Assembly (NCBI GenBank): GCA_963721805.1
Contig: CAVRJY010000001.1
Location: forward strand, 1,280,001-1,344,000
Source: Nitrospirota bacterium
GTDB taxonomy: Bacteria > Nitrospirota > Thermodesulfovibrionia > Thermodesulfovibrionales > JdFR-86
DNA length: 64,000 bases
Direction of reading: 5' to 3'
This document shows positions 10,618 through 20,927 of the stretch, piece after piece. The notes under the pieces were generated by a model. That model was given only the letters and a program-made list of their open reading frames with translations, was not told where the DNA came from and did no database searches. Both the position numbers and the translations under genes were made by a program. The first letter of the stretch is position 1. Each line of letters starts with the position of its first letter.

Positions 10618-11627
10618 CAATACCTCCTCAGGCATCCCTTTGCTACATCTATGAGGCGGCGGCGGTATTCCGGATCGACCCAGCTGTTTCGTGAGATACG
10701 CAGCAGCGTGATGCCAATATAGAACTGCATCCTGCCGGTTATGGATTTGAAAGCGCTTTCGCGGTCCGGGAAGTGGCAGGCGTATTCCCACAGAAAGTGA
10801 CCGATAAAAGGATCGGCGGCACATTTATTGCCCGTGGCGCGCATGAAGAAATGTTTTAGCTCGCCCGCGATGCGCCCCGTGTCGAAAACGCGGTCCGCGC
10901 GCTTGGTCCTCTCCAGGTCGAATGCGATCACGTTTAGTCCGTCACCGAACATGAAATTCTCGGGGGTCGCGTCTCCGTGCACGAGCACCTTCTGGTCCTC
11001 CCACATCCGGGGCTGGTTGCGCCACTGGTCGCGCAGCCAATAGAGTTCATTGGCTTCATCCCAGCGGATCGCCTTGATTTCAAGCAGCCTGTTAATCAGC
11101 AGGTCCATATAATCGCAGTCCTGGTTGAAGTTTACCCCTACGCCAAAGGCAGTCCGGTTGTGAAAGGCCGACAGAAAATAAGCCAGTGCCGTAAGTTTAC
11201 CATTGAGGTAGCCCGGATCGCCGCCCCTGAGCACGGACTCTATCACTTCGCTCAGCAGTTCGCCTTCGCAATGCTCGGTGACCAGCAGGGCATTCAGCGA
11301 ATAGTTGCGCCCAAGCGGCCTGACAACGTGGTGAGGATAGCCCGACATCCCGTAATCCCTCATAAGGTTCAGGTTGTCGTACTCGCTCGTCAGGCGTGAA
11401 AATGCCTTCTTCGAGTCCCACTTCCGCGACGATAGAAAGAACTTGCCGACGACCTTCACCCCGGTGCTCCTGTCCTCATACAGGTATACGTCATTGGACC
11501 CGTGCAGCCTGAAGACCCTGTATGTAACATGGCCTGTCGAGCCGTTAATAAGCGGCTGGATATCATACTGAAGATAACCGTGCATCGGATCGTTCTCCGG
11601 CAGGTGGCCAAGGTAACGTTTACTCAT
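10617..11627 (-). CDS. Aminoglycoside phosphotransferase (APH/choline kinase-like) family protein
   Basis: VVGK, LVHGDATPENF, FDLE motifs. Confidence 0.85.
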   Translation of the reverse strand: MSKRYLGHLPENDPMHGYLQYDIQPLINGSTGHVTYRVFRLHGSNDVYLYEDRSTGVKVVGKFFLSSRKWDSKKAFSRLTSEYDNLNLMRDYGMSGYPHHVVRPLGRNYSLNALLVTEHCEGELLSEVIESVLRGGDPGYLNGKLTALAYFLSAFHNRTAFGVGVNFNQDCDYMDLLINRLLEIKAIRWDEANELYWLRDQWRNQPRMWEDQKVLVHGDATPENFMFGDGLNVIAFDLERTKRADRVFDTGRIAGELKHFFMRATGNKCAADPFIGHFLWEYACHFPDRESAFKSITGRMQFYIGITLLRISRNSWVDPEYRRRLIDVAKGCLRRY

Positions 11628-11887
11628 TGTTTGGTATTTCTCGCATCCAACATGATATCACCTTTCAGCTCGCCTCGCGGAGGCGACATTGTTCAGGGCG
11701 CTACTTGGGAAGGCCATTTAAGGCGGCGCCGGAAGGTCCTGCCAATTTTCAGGTTCAAATAGCCTATCGGCTTGTTGTGTGATAAGATCTGAAAAATACC
11801 ATGGGACATGGCAGACCGCGATCTCTGTCAGTACAGATATCGAGGCAAACGCGCTTATGGGGCCGTTATCAGAAAAGAGGAGAAGAC

Positions 11888-12127
11888 ATGAAGAGGCTGG
11901 GTTGGCTGATTATAGCCATTGCCATGATGATGGCATGTTCAGGCTGTTTTTGGGGCGGGTATGGGGGAGAGGGCTACCCCGATAACGGCGGGTACTATGA
12001 AAGCCCCGGGGGCGGTGGATTCGAGGGCGGTGAGCGCAGGGGCGGCGAGGGCGGACATGAAGGTGGCGAAGGCGGCGAGCACGAAGGCGGCGGCGAGGGC
12101 GGACACGAAGGCGGCGAAGGCCGTTGA
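11888..12127 (+). CDS. Small Gly/Glu/His-rich putative lipoprotein
   Basis: MKRLGWLIIAIAMMMACSGC signal/lipobox followed by GGEGGHE repeats; RBS GAGGAG. Confidence 0.7.
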   Translation: MKRLGWLIIAIAMMMACSGCFWGGYGGEGYPDNGGYYESPGGGGFEGGERRGGEGGHEGGEGGEHEGGGEGGHEGGEGR

Positions 12128-12191
12128 TGCGATCAGGCCATACAGGGTGGCGAACGGGTTTCAGGCGTCTGCACAATAATAAGGAGGATTT

Positions 12192-12350
12192 ATGAAAAGG
12201 CTGGCAGGTCTCTTTATCATCATTATTCTGATGTCGGTGTGTAGCGGGTGCTGGTGGGGCTGGGGCCCCGATCGCGGAGGCCGTGAAGGCGGCGGCTATG
12301 ATCGCGGCGGAAGCCATGAAGGCGGCGGAAGTCACGAAGAGCGTCGTTAA
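12192..12350 (+). CDS. Small Gly-rich putative lipoprotein, 52 aa, paralog of upstream gene (absent from ORF track)
   Basis: MKRLAGLFIIIILMSVCSGCWWGWGPDRGGREGGGYDRGGSHEGGGSHEERR; RBS AAGGAGG. Confidence 0.75.
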   Translation: MKRLAGLFIIIILMSVCSGCWWGWGPDRGGREGGGYDRGGSHEGGGSHEERR

Positions 12351-12531
12351 GACGAGGTACGAACGGCAAAGCGATCTTTTTTGGCAACCGCAGGCCGTCG
12401 GGATCGAAATGGTAAGAACATGCGATGTCGGATTTCAGATATGCACATGATGACTATATCAACGGGGGTCTCATGATGCAAACGATAACGATGACGCAGA
12501 CGTTCATACATATAGCAGAACAGGAGGGTTG

Positions 12532-14241
12532 ATGATCATGAAGTGGTTTAACGTTCGAGAGGTTTTCTTCTTAATCCTGTGTGTTTTTGTAATTACAGGA
12601 TGCGGCAAGGGCTCAGGCAGCAGCAGCGGACATTGGAAAGAAGGGGATACCGACAGGCCCTTCGTGGTCAGCGTAACCCCTCTCGATGGTGCCGTTGAAG
12701 TCGCACTTGACACGACAGTCTCCGCAAGATTCAACGAAGCGATGAGACACTCGACGATCGACGGCTCGACATTTACGTTAATGCACGGGTTTACGACTGT
12801 TTCAGGCGACGTGACCTATTCCGGCGTAACCGCGGTCTTTACGCCGACAAGCCCTCTTATAGCCAACACCGTCTACACCGCCACCGTTACAACCGGGGCC
12901 AAAGACGTCAATAACAATGCGCTGGCAAGTGACTATGTTTGGAGCTTTACAACGGCCAGTGGCCCGGTCGTGGTCCTGACGGTCCCGATCAATAATGCCG
13001 TAGATGTCCCACTAAACACGGAAGTTACCGCGACCTTCAACGAGGCAATGAAAAGCTCGTCGATCACAGGCTTAACGTTTACCCTGTTTAATGGCCCAAC
13101 TCAAGTGACAGGCGCAGTGAGCTACTCCGGGCTGACCGCGACCTTCTTGCCGGACAATCCGCTTATAGCCAACACCGTCTATACCGGCACGATTACAACC
13201 GGGGCCCAGGACCTTGCAAGCATTCATCTCACAAGCAACTATAGCTGGAACTTTACGACAGGTTTTACCAACGATACTGATGCGCCCTTCGTAAATTCCA
13301 CAGACCCTGGCAACGGCGGCATAGAAGTGGCTATCACTAACAGCGTGTTCGCGATCTTCAACGAACCGATGGCCCCTTCATCGATCAACACGACGACTTT
13401 TACCCTGTTTGTTGATAGCGGACCACAAGTTACAGGAACAGTGACCTACGCCGGTCTGACAGGGGTTTTCAAGCCAAACAGCCCGCTCATAGCCAACACC
13501 CTATATGACGCCGAGATTACGACCGGTGCCACGGACCTCGCGGGCAATCCGCTGGCGAGCAATTACGACTGGAGCTTTACGACAGGTTCAGCACTCATAG
13601 TCGGCCCAATATTCCTTGGTTCGGCGGCCAGTTATGGGATCATGGCAACTGCCGCGATTACGAGTGCCGGAACCAATGGCACCGATATAAACGGGGATGT
13701 TTCGTTAGACCCGGGTACTTCGATGACCGGATTCCCGCCTGGAATAGTAAACGGAGCGATACACATAAATGACACAGAGTCCGCGCTGGCAAGGGCCGAC
13801 CTGCTGGTCGCGTATAACACCGCCAAGGGCCTGCCGCCTGGACACACCATCTCCGCCGGTGCGGACCTGGGTGCGCTGTATCCTTTGGGTATCCCTCCTG
13901 GCACCTATACGTCCGGCAGCACGATGCTGGTCTCGACCCCGCTTACTTTGACGGCGGGGGCAACGATAATGCCGTCTGGGTCTTCCAGATCGGCTCCTCG
14001 CTGACTACTGGGGCCAGTCTTACGCTGATTAACGGCGCTCATGCCAAGAACATATTCTGGGTTCCTACTGCCGATGCGACCATAGGGGTAGGCACTACCT
14101 TCTATGGAACCATAGTGGCCGGAAGGGATGTGACTGCCGTGACTGGCGCCATCGATAAACGGCAGGATCTTGGCCGGAGCGATCACCGCCGGCACGGTTG
14201 CTATGCAGGATAACACGGTAGTTAACGTACCTGCCCCGTAA
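12532..14241 (+). CDS. Lipoprotein with three Ig-like (Big_5-type) repeats and C-terminal DUF3494 ice-binding-like domain (two frameshifts)
   Basis: Lipobox VITGC; three FNExM...LIANT.Y...WSFTT repeats; shifted frames give LTLDGGGNDNAVWVFQIGSSLTT...NIFW...INGRILAG; stop at 14241. Confidence 0.85.
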
Positions 14242-14398
14242 GGCGTGAGATCGTGAAAGCGTGCGATTGGAGAGACAGGCCGATATTCATGCTTTGGCCT
14301 GTCTCTCCCCCTCCTCGCTTTAGCGGCTGGTTTTGATATCATGCGCGGCTTTTTGGACATGCTGCTGCAAAGAGCAGCAATATAAAGGAGGACATGAG

Positions 14399-14983
14399 AT
14401 GAAAATGATTTTCCGTGTAGCGCTTATGGTGGCTACCGTTATTCTGCTCCTTCCCTTGGCCGCCCGCGCTGAGATAAAGGCAGGCAGCTTTGAGGTGGAG
14501 CCGTTCGCGGGGTACAATTTTTTCGAACACGGGCAGAACCTGCAAGACTACCTGATCTATGGCGGGCGGGTTGGCTATAACTTCACGAGGTACTTCGGCA
14601 TGGAAGGCGTCGTGGAATATATGCAGAGCCGTGTTGATGACAGGTCAATAAGGGGCAACAAGGAAGGGCAGTTCAGAAGCCCGATCAATCATGTATACCT
14701 TACCATGTATCATCTCGATGCCGTCTATCACCCCTTGCCAGATAGCAGTTTCAACCCCTTTATCGTTGCGGGTATCGGAGGGCTGCACTATCATCCATCG
14801 ATATCGCACGGCGACATGCCCGCTTTTAATGTCGGCATAGGCGCTAAATACTGGGTGACGGACAATATCGCGCTCAGGGTCGATGTCAGGGACTATGTCG
14901 TCACCGAGATTTTCCACGATTCCTACAATAACCTTGCAGTTACCGCTGGAATAACTTATGCGTTCGGCGGTAAGGCAAAGTGA
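14399..14983 (+). CDS. Outer-membrane beta-barrel protein (OmpA-like transmembrane domain)
   Basis: Signal peptide, GGRVGYNF, FNPFIVAGIG, ALRVDVRD, AGITYAFG. Confidence 0.8.
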   Translation: MKMIFRVALMVATVILLLPLAARAEIKAGSFEVEPFAGYNFFEHGQNLQDYLIYGGRVGYNFTRYFGMEGVVEYMQSRVDDRSIRGNKEGQFRSPINHVYLTMYHLDAVYHPLPDSSFNPFIVAGIGGLHYHPSISHGDMPAFNVGIGAKYWVTDNIALRVDVRDYVVTEIFHDSYNNLAVTAGITYAFGGKAK

Positions 14984-15000
14984 GCCAGGAGTATGCAGCA

Positions 15001-15021
15001 AAGAGGCCTGAAAGACGTCTT
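15001..15021 (+). repeat. 21-bp motif upstream of BON gene, copy 1
   Basis: AAGAGGCCTGAAAGACGTCTT, 19/21 identical to 15882-15902. Confidence 0.6.
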
Positions 15022-15069
15022 ACGTTGATCCGGGCCTTCTTCAAAAAATAGGTTTAAGGAGATAACACG

Positions 15070-15846
15070 ATGAGCAAGAGAGCAATCTATTTTTTAGCGC
15101 TGATGGTGGCGGTTATAGCGCTGTTAGCGACCGGTGTGCCCGTGTTCGCGGCTGACACGGATAGCCGTATCGAGTCATCCGCAAAGCAGTCGTACGCGTT
15201 CAAGACCTATCTGAAGGATGATGACATCAAGGTCGAGTCTAAAAAAGGCGTTGTTACCCTGACCGGGACCGTCGCGAACGAATACCACAAGTCCCTGGCC
15301 AAGGATACCGTGGAGAGCCTGCCCGGCGTAAAGAGTGTGGACAACAGGCTTGAACTCAAGGCCGAATCCCCCGCCACGAACTCGGATGAATGGCTCGCGG
15401 ACAAGGTGAAGGCTACCCTGCTGTTTCATCGAAGCGTGAGCGCCACCAATACGGAAGTCAGCGCCAAAGACGGCGTTGTGACCCTGCGCGGCAATGCCGA
15501 CAGCCAGGCGCAAAAGGAATTGACGTCCGAATACGCGGCGGATGTCGAGGGAGTCAAAAGTGTCGATAATGAGCTGAACGTGCCCGGCACGGCCCCGACT
15601 GCCCCGGAACCGGCGTTCCATTCGGCTGGCGAACAGATCGATGACGCCTCGATAACCGGCCAGGTCAAGATGGCGCTGCTGCTGCATCGCTCCACCAGCG
15701 CCCTGCACACCAGCGTAAAGACGAATCACGGCAATGTCACTGTAAGCGGCAGGGCCGCAAACAACGCCGAAAAGGACCTCGTGACCAAGCTCGTCAATGA
15801 CGTGCCCGGCGTCAAGAGCGTAAACAACAGGATGACCACCAAGTAG
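15070..15846 (+). CDS. OsmY-like periplasmic protein with three BON domains
   Basis: Signal peptide; three GVVTLxG...GVKSVxN repeats. Confidence 0.9.
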   Translation: MSKRAIYFLALMVAVIALLATGVPVFAADTDSRIESSAKQSYAFKTYLKDDDIKVESKKGVVTLTGTVANEYHKSLAKDTVESLPGVKSVDNRLELKAESPATNSDEWLADKVKATLLFHRSVSATNTEVSAKDGVVTLRGNADSQAQKELTSEYAADVEGVKSVDNELNVPGTAPTAPEPAFHSAGEQIDDASITGQVKMALLLHRSTSALHTSVKTNHGNVTVSGRAANNAEKDLVTKLVNDVPGVKSVNNRMTTK

Positions 15847-15881
15847 CTTTGGGGCCATACGGAGAACGTAGTGTACACGGC

Positions 15882-15902
15882 AAGGGGCCTGAAAAACGTC
15901 TT
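15882..15902 (+). repeat. 21-bp motif upstream of BON gene, copy 2
   Basis: AAGGGGCCTGAAAAACGTCTT. Confidence 0.6.
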
Positions 15903-15927
15903 GCACAGCTAAGGCAGGAGGACTGAG

Positions 15928-16245
15928 ATGAAGAAGGTCATTTTATTGTCAGTGTTGGCGGCTTTTGTAGCTGCCATGTTTGCGGGCTGCGCCGCCACGC
16001 GCACGAAAGAAAGCACCGGCGGGTATGTTGACGACTCGGCCATTACGGCGAAGGTCAAGGCCGATCTGGTAAGAGACCCCGTGACGAAGGCGCGCGAGAT
16101 AAGCGTCGAGACCTTCAAGGGCGTCGTACAGCTTAGCGGCTTCGTCAGTACCGACAAGGAAAAGGATAGGGCCGAGGAAATCGCGCGCTCTGTCAAGGGC
16201 GTTGTTGATGTCAAAAACAACCTCATCCTTAAGAAAGACCTGTAA
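15928..16245 (+). CDS. Single-BON-domain lipoprotein
   Basis: Lipobox FAGC; DDSAITAKVKA, GVVQLSGFV, VKGVVDVKNNL. Confidence 0.9.
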   Translation: MKKVILLSVLAAFVAAMFAGCAATRTKESTGGYVDDSAITAKVKADLVRDPVTKAREISVETFKGVVQLSGFVSTDKEKDRAEEIARSVKGVVDVKNNLILKKDL

Positions 16246-16273
16246 CAGTCGCAGAAAGGCCTATGGAGGAGAC

Positions 16274-16582
16274 ATGAAAGCTATATCGCTAGCCGTGCTG
16301 CTTATGATGCTGATGGTGACGGCATGCATAATACCGACAGGGCGCGGGGGTTTTGTTGTTGTGCCGCCGCCACTGCCGCCCATCGTGGAGATTGGACCCG
16401 ATCCATACTACTATCAGCAAGGTTATCACTATCAATACCGCGACAGCGACCACTCATGGTATTACTCTCATGACAGGAGCGGCCCGTGGTCTCCGTTGCC
16501 CAGGGACCACTACCCGAGGGAGACCAGGTTCAAGGGCAAGGGAGAAGGAAGCCATGCTCCTGGACCCGTACAGGATCGCTGA
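16274..16582 (+). CDS. Small Pro/Tyr-rich putative lipoprotein
   Basis: RBS GGAGG; MKAISLAVLLMMLMVTAC lipobox; PPPLPP and YYYQQGYHY segments. Confidence 0.7.
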   Translation: MKAISLAVLLMMLMVTACIIPTGRGGFVVVPPPLPPIVEIGPDPYYYQQGYHYQYRDSDHSWYYSHDRSGPWSPLPRDHYPRETRFKGKGEGSHAPGPVQDR

Positions 16583-16720
16583 CCTGACAATGACAGCGGC
16601 AGATAGGGGCTGACCTGCTTGCAGGTTTGGACGCCATAACCCGGCAGGCAAGGTCGTATTCGGCGGCCTTGCCTGCTTTTGGATCCACATTGTGGACCAA
16701 TAATAGAAAGGGGAATTGCC

Positions 16721-16870
16721 ATGTTGTGGACTATTGCTGTAATTCTAATCATATTGTGGCTTTTGGGAATGGTGAGTTCCTACACCATGGGCGGATTCAT
16801 TCACATCCTTCTGATTATCGCGATCGTAGTCATTCTGCTTAGGGTCATCAGCGGACGACGAGCACTATAG
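16721..16870 (+). CDS. Small membrane protein (lmo0937/DUF5670-like)
   Basis: MLWTIAVILIILWLLG...GGFIHILLIIAI...ISGRR. Confidence 0.85.
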   Translation: MLWTIAVILIILWLLGMVSSYTMGGFIHILLIIAIVVILLRVISGRRAL

Positions 16871-16910
16871 CTAACCATAACACGAACTTGCGAGGCGAAG
16901 GAGGAACAAG

Positions 16911-17132
16911 GTGAAATCATCCATGATGCTGGGTTTGATCCTCATTGTCGTAGGGATCGTTGCCTTTGCGTATCAAGGCATCACCTATACGACAAGGGAA
17001 AAGGTAGTTGACGTCGGGCCCATCCACATAACCTCTGACAAGACCAACACGATCCCGCTGACCCCGGTCGTAGGCGCTATCGCGATAGTGGGCGGTATAG
17101 TGCTGGTGGTCATGGGAAACAAAAAGGGCTGA
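16911..17132 (+). CDS. Small two-TM membrane protein (DUF3185-like)
   Basis: Two hydrophobic helices around YTTREKVVDVGPI; RBS AGGAGG. Confidence 0.75.
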   Translation: MKSSMMLGLILIVVGIVAFAYQGITYTTREKVVDVGPIHITSDKTNTIPLTPVVGAIAIVGGIVLVVMGNKKG

Positions 17133-17168
17133 TCCAAGGCAATATATCAATACAGCGAGGAGTCTAGA

Positions 17169-17459
17169 ATGAAGGATAAACGGAAGGCATACGAAGAGAA
17201 GCTCGATGCGCAGCTGGCGCAATGGAGCGCGCAGATCGATCTGCTGAAGGCCAAGGCGAACAATGCCAAGGCCGACGCGAAGATCGATTACCTCAAAACC
17301 ATAGACGCCTTGCAGCTCAAAAAGGATCAGGCCGGTGTGAAGCTGCGGGAGCTGAGGGCCGCAGGAGACGAGGCGTGGGATGATATCAAGGCGGGCGCGG
17401 AAAAGGCTTGGGATGAAGTCAAGGCAGCCTTCCACGGCGCGGCGTCAAAGTTCAAGTGA
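17169..17459 (+). CDS. Coiled-coil stress-associated small protein
   Basis: AYEEKLDAQL...AWDDIKAGAEKAW pattern; RBS GAGGAG. Confidence 0.75.
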   Translation: MKDKRKAYEEKLDAQLAQWSAQIDLLKAKANNAKADAKIDYLKTIDALQLKKDQAGVKLRELRAAGDEAWDDIKAGAEKAWDEVKAAFHGAASKFK

Positions 17460-17526
17460 GCAAAGACGCCAGGCCAGGCGTGCTGGCGTTTGACACCTCT
17501 TGTTTTGTCGAAGAAAGGTGGATGCA

Positions 17527-18639
17527 ATGCCTATCCTGATGCGCATTGCCACCTGCCTCAACATTACCGTAGCCCTTCTTTTCCTTGTAGCGGCTGCCCC
17601 GGCGGTGGCCTCTGAGCGGTCCAGCGATGAATTCCTGAGCGGTTATGTTTCCTCGATCCTTGAACGGGACTTGAACTGGGAGAGAAAAAGCTATATCTTG
17701 AAAGTTGTCAACGGGGTTGCCACGATTACCCTGTTTAAAGATGACCCGGAGAGACGCGAAGCGGTCGATAATAAATTGCGCTCTATCGACGGACTGCACG
17801 GGATAAAGATCGTGGTGAAGACCGCGGATGCCAATAAGCCGGGAGCGTTAGAAAAGATAATAGGGGTAACCGGCGAAGGGGAGTCCTTTCCGACGGGCGA
17901 CCTGTTCCGCCCCCTGCTGGCCGACCCGAAGCAACCGCAGTTCTATGTCAACTTCGACCACTTCGAATCGTTGGGTAAGCGATACACCATGGCCTCGGTC
18001 GGCTTCGGGGAGACATTCGGGCTGTATAGATTTTTCGGCAGCCGCGAGGGTGACGGCCTTCAGATGAGCGTGGAGGGCGCCCTGTTCGCCAAGTTCAACC
18101 TGAACACCGCATCGTCCGACCTCATCAACGCCGATTACACCATCGGCATCCCCGTCACCTACCGCAATGGCGACAATTCGGTCCGCATGCGCATCTATCA
18201 TCAGAGCTCGCACCTGGGGGATGAGTTGCTACTGAGCGCCAATCCTCCCAACCGGGTCAACCTCAGCTACGAAGCCGTCGAGCTCATCTATTCCCGCGAA
18301 TGGCGCGGCTGGCGAGGATATGGCGGCGGTGAGTACCTGATCCACAAGGAACCCGATGACCTGAAGCCGCTGAGCGCCCATTGGGGGGTCGAGTATCGCG
18401 GAAGCGAGCCGCTTCTGTGGAATGGCAGACCGGTTGGCGGGGTGGACATGAAGTGTCTGGAAGAGCATAACTGGGCCATCGACACGAGCGTCAAGGCTGG
18501 CCTGGAGTTCGGTCATCCCAACCCCGGACAGCGTCGTCTGCGCGTAATGGCCGAGTGGTATAAGGGATTCGACCCGCAAGGCCAGTTCTATACCAATAAG
18601 GTCGAATACTATGGCCTGGGGGTATCTCTGGGATTTTGA
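17527..18639 (+). CDS. DUF1207-like outer-membrane protein
   Basis: Signal peptide, PLLADPKQP, LINADY, YHQSSHLGDE, terminal Phe. Confidence 0.75.
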   Translation: MPILMRIATCLNITVALLFLVAAAPAVASERSSDEFLSGYVSSILERDLNWERKSYILKVVNGVATITLFKDDPERREAVDNKLRSIDGLHGIKIVVKTADANKPGALEKIIGVTGEGESFPTGDLFRPLLADPKQPQFYVNFDHFESLGKRYTMASVGFGETFGLYRFFGSREGDGLQMSVEGALFAKFNLNTASSDLINADYTIGIPVTYRNGDNSVRMRIYHQSSHLGDELLLSANPPNRVNLSYEAVELIYSREWRGWRGYGGGEYLIHKEPDDLKPLSAHWGVEYRGSEPLLWNGRPVGGVDMKCLEEHNWAIDTSVKAGLEFGHPNPGQRRLRVMAEWYKGFDPQGQFYTNKVEYYGLGVSLGF

Positions 18640-18735
18640 ATCCTGACTCAGCCAGCCAGCGATGGATTCCCGGATGTGATCCACTGCATAACGTGATAAA
18701 CTTATGCCAGGACTATATCGTTTGAGGAGGACCCG

Positions 18736-19644
18736 ATGAGACTTGTGACGCGCTCTGACTTTGACGGCATCTGCTGTGCCGTGCTCCTTAAGGAGCTTGG
18801 AATCATCAGCGATATGGTCTATGCCCACCCCAAAGACATTCAAGACGGAAAGATAAAGATCACGTCCGACGACTTGCTCGCGAACGTCCCCTACGCCGAG
18901 GGCTGCGGGTTGTGGTTCGACCACCACTCGAGCGAGGCCGAGCGCCTGGAGTTAGGCTTCGAGTTCAAGGGCTGCAGCGAACCTGCCCCGAGCGCGGCGC
19001 GCGTGATCTACAATTACTATAACGGGGCCGCGACCCTCTCGCGCTTCGACGAGATGATGACCTATGTCGACAAGGTCGACTCCGCGATGCTAACCGAGGA
19101 CGAAATCTTAAACCCGAAGGGCTGGGTGCTGCTGGGGTTCATCTGCGACCCTCGCACCGGGTTTGGCTACCACAAAGGTTTCTCGGTCAGCAACCTCGAC
19201 CTGATGAGGCAGCTGGTCGACTATATCCGTCAGTACCCGATAGTGAAGATACTCGATATCCGGGACGTCAGGGAACGCATCGAGATGTACCGCGCCGAAA
19301 ACGAACGGTTCAAGGACTTCCTCATGAGGCATACGCGCCTGGATGGGGTCGTGGCCGTGACCGACGCCAGGGGGGTGGCCGATGTGCCTCCAGGAAACCG
19401 TTTTCTGGTCTACTCCCTGTTCCCGGCGTGCAATATATCGATCCGGTTGATCGATGGCAAGGACGGAGGGTTCGTCGCGTTCTCGGTCGGCCACAGCATA
19501 CTGAACCGCACATCGAAGGTGGACGTCGGGAAACTCCTGCTCAGTTTTGGAGGAGGAGGCCACAGGGCGGTGGGCACGTGCCAGACCCCGGCCGCCGAGG
19601 CAGACCGCGTGCTCCGGGAGCTGCTGACCACGATGAACCGATAG
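18736..19644 (+). CDS. DHH-family phosphoesterase
   Basis: TRSDFDG, FDHH, GGGGH motifs. Confidence 0.88.
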   Translation: MRLVTRSDFDGICCAVLLKELGIISDMVYAHPKDIQDGKIKITSDDLLANVPYAEGCGLWFDHHSSEAERLELGFEFKGCSEPAPSAARVIYNYYNGAATLSRFDEMMTYVDKVDSAMLTEDEILNPKGWVLLGFICDPRTGFGYHKGFSVSNLDLMRQLVDYIRQYPIVKILDIRDVRERIEMYRAENERFKDFLMRHTRLDGVVAVTDARGVADVPPGNRFLVYSLFPACNISIRLIDGKDGGFVAFSVGHSILNRTSKVDVGKLLLSFGGGGHRAVGTCQTPAAEADRVLRELLTTMNR

Positions 19645-19767
19645 CGGATGGGCGCTTTGCCTCCCTGCCGCCACGGAACTGGTGGCGATGGGAGGAGGGC
19701 CGGCCCTTGCTTAAAGGGTGCGGGTTTTTCTATAATCAATAATATCTTTTTGAGGAGGACTTAAGGA

Positions 19768-19974
19768 GTGAAAGAAGGTATACACCCAAAGTACAATGAA
19801 GTCGATGTGACGTGCGCGTGCGGCGAGAAGTTCAAGACCCGCTCGACGCAGGACAAGGTGCGCGTGGACATATGCTCCAAGTGCCATCCGTTTTTCACCG
19901 GAAAGCACAAGGTCCTCGATATCGAGGGGCGCGTCGAGAAGTTCAAGAAGAAGTACGCGAAGAAGACTCAGTAG
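19768..19974 (+). CDS. rpmE: 50S ribosomal protein L31 (Zn-binding form)
   Basis: MKEGIHPKY...CACG...[10 protein letters not shown]. Confidence 0.97.
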   Translation: MKEGIHPKYNEVDVTCACGEKFKTRSTQDKVRVDICSKCHPFFTGKHKVLDIEGRVEKFKKKYAKKTQ

Positions 19975-20042
19975 CTACGCTAGAAATCTTTCGGGCCGTT
20001 GGCGCCTCTGCGTGCCGGCGGCCCTTATGTTTGTGAGGTGCG

Positions 20043-20927
20043 ATGGGACACGCGATAGGCGGACAGGCGGTAATAGAGGGCGTGATGATGAAATCCAAGC
20101 GGGGATGGTCCGTGGCGGTGCGCGGCCCCAAGGGTGAGATCCACGTCAGGACCGAACGCCTGCGCGAACTCCCGGCCATATACTCGATGCCCTTCGTGCG
20201 CGGGGTGCTCGTGCTGCTGCACACCCTGACCATAGGCATCAAGGCGCTCGAGTTTTCGGCCTCGAAGGCCTACGACGACGAGGGCGGCGAGGAGCCCCTG
20301 AGCAAGGGCGCGATAACGCTGACGATAGCGGCCTCGATAGGGCTCTCGGTGGTGCTCTTCGTGCTCGTGCCGCTGTACGCCGCCAAGCTTACTGGCATGG
20401 CCGTCGAAGCGGTGGCCAAGGGCTCGCTGCTTTTTAACCTCGTAGACGGGGTGGTGCGCGTGATAGTGTTCCTGCTCTATATCGTGATCGTGGGGATGTG
20501 GGCCGAGATGCACCGCGTGTTTGAGTACCACGGGGCTGAGCACAAGGTGATCCACGCCTACGAGGCCGGCCGCACGTTGGACGTCCAGAGCGTGCGCGAA
20601 TACAGCCCCCGCCACCCGCGGTGCGGCACCAGCTTCCTGATGATCGTGATGGTGCTGAGCATTCTCGTGTTTTCGCTCATACCCTCGGACTGGGCATTCA
20701 TATATAAGGCGCTTAGCCGCATCGTGCTGATCCCGGTCATCGCCGGCATATCTTACGAGACCCTCAAGCTCTCGGCGCGCATGAAGGACAACCCGATAGT
20801 TGGCGCGCTTATAATGCCGGGGCTGCTGTTACAGAGGCTCACGACGTTTGAGCCCGACGACAGCCAGATAGAGGTCGCGATCAAGGCCATGCGGGAAGTG
20901 CTCGACATGGAGGACTCCGATGCTTGA
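20043..20927 (+). CDS. DUF1385 membrane protein
   Basis: [35 protein letters not shown]; usual position between rpmE and prfA. Confidence 0.9.
   Translation: MGHAIGGQAVIEGVMMKSKRGWSVAVRGPKGEIHVRTERLRELPAIYSMPFVRGVLVLLHTLTIGIKALEFSASKAYDDEGGEEPLSKGAITLTIAASIGLSVVLFVLVPLYAAKLTGMAVEAVAKGSLLFNLVDGVVRVIVFLLYIVIVGMWAEMHRVFEYHGAEHKVIHAYEAGRTLDVQSVREYSPRHPRCGTSFLMIVMVLSILVFSLIPSDWAFIYKALSRIVLIPVIAGISYETLKLSARMKDNPIVGALIMPGLLLQRLTTFEPDDSQIEVAIKAMREVLDMEDSDA

Noticed and set aside
10617..11627. Aminoglycoside resistance gene
   Set aside because: Only fold-level APH motifs; the metabolic context and lack of mobile-element features argue against it.
12351..12531. c-di-GMP riboswitch upstream of the adhesin-like gene
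   Set aside because: A GGCAAA is present, but I could not build the required two-stem GNRA/receptor architecture.
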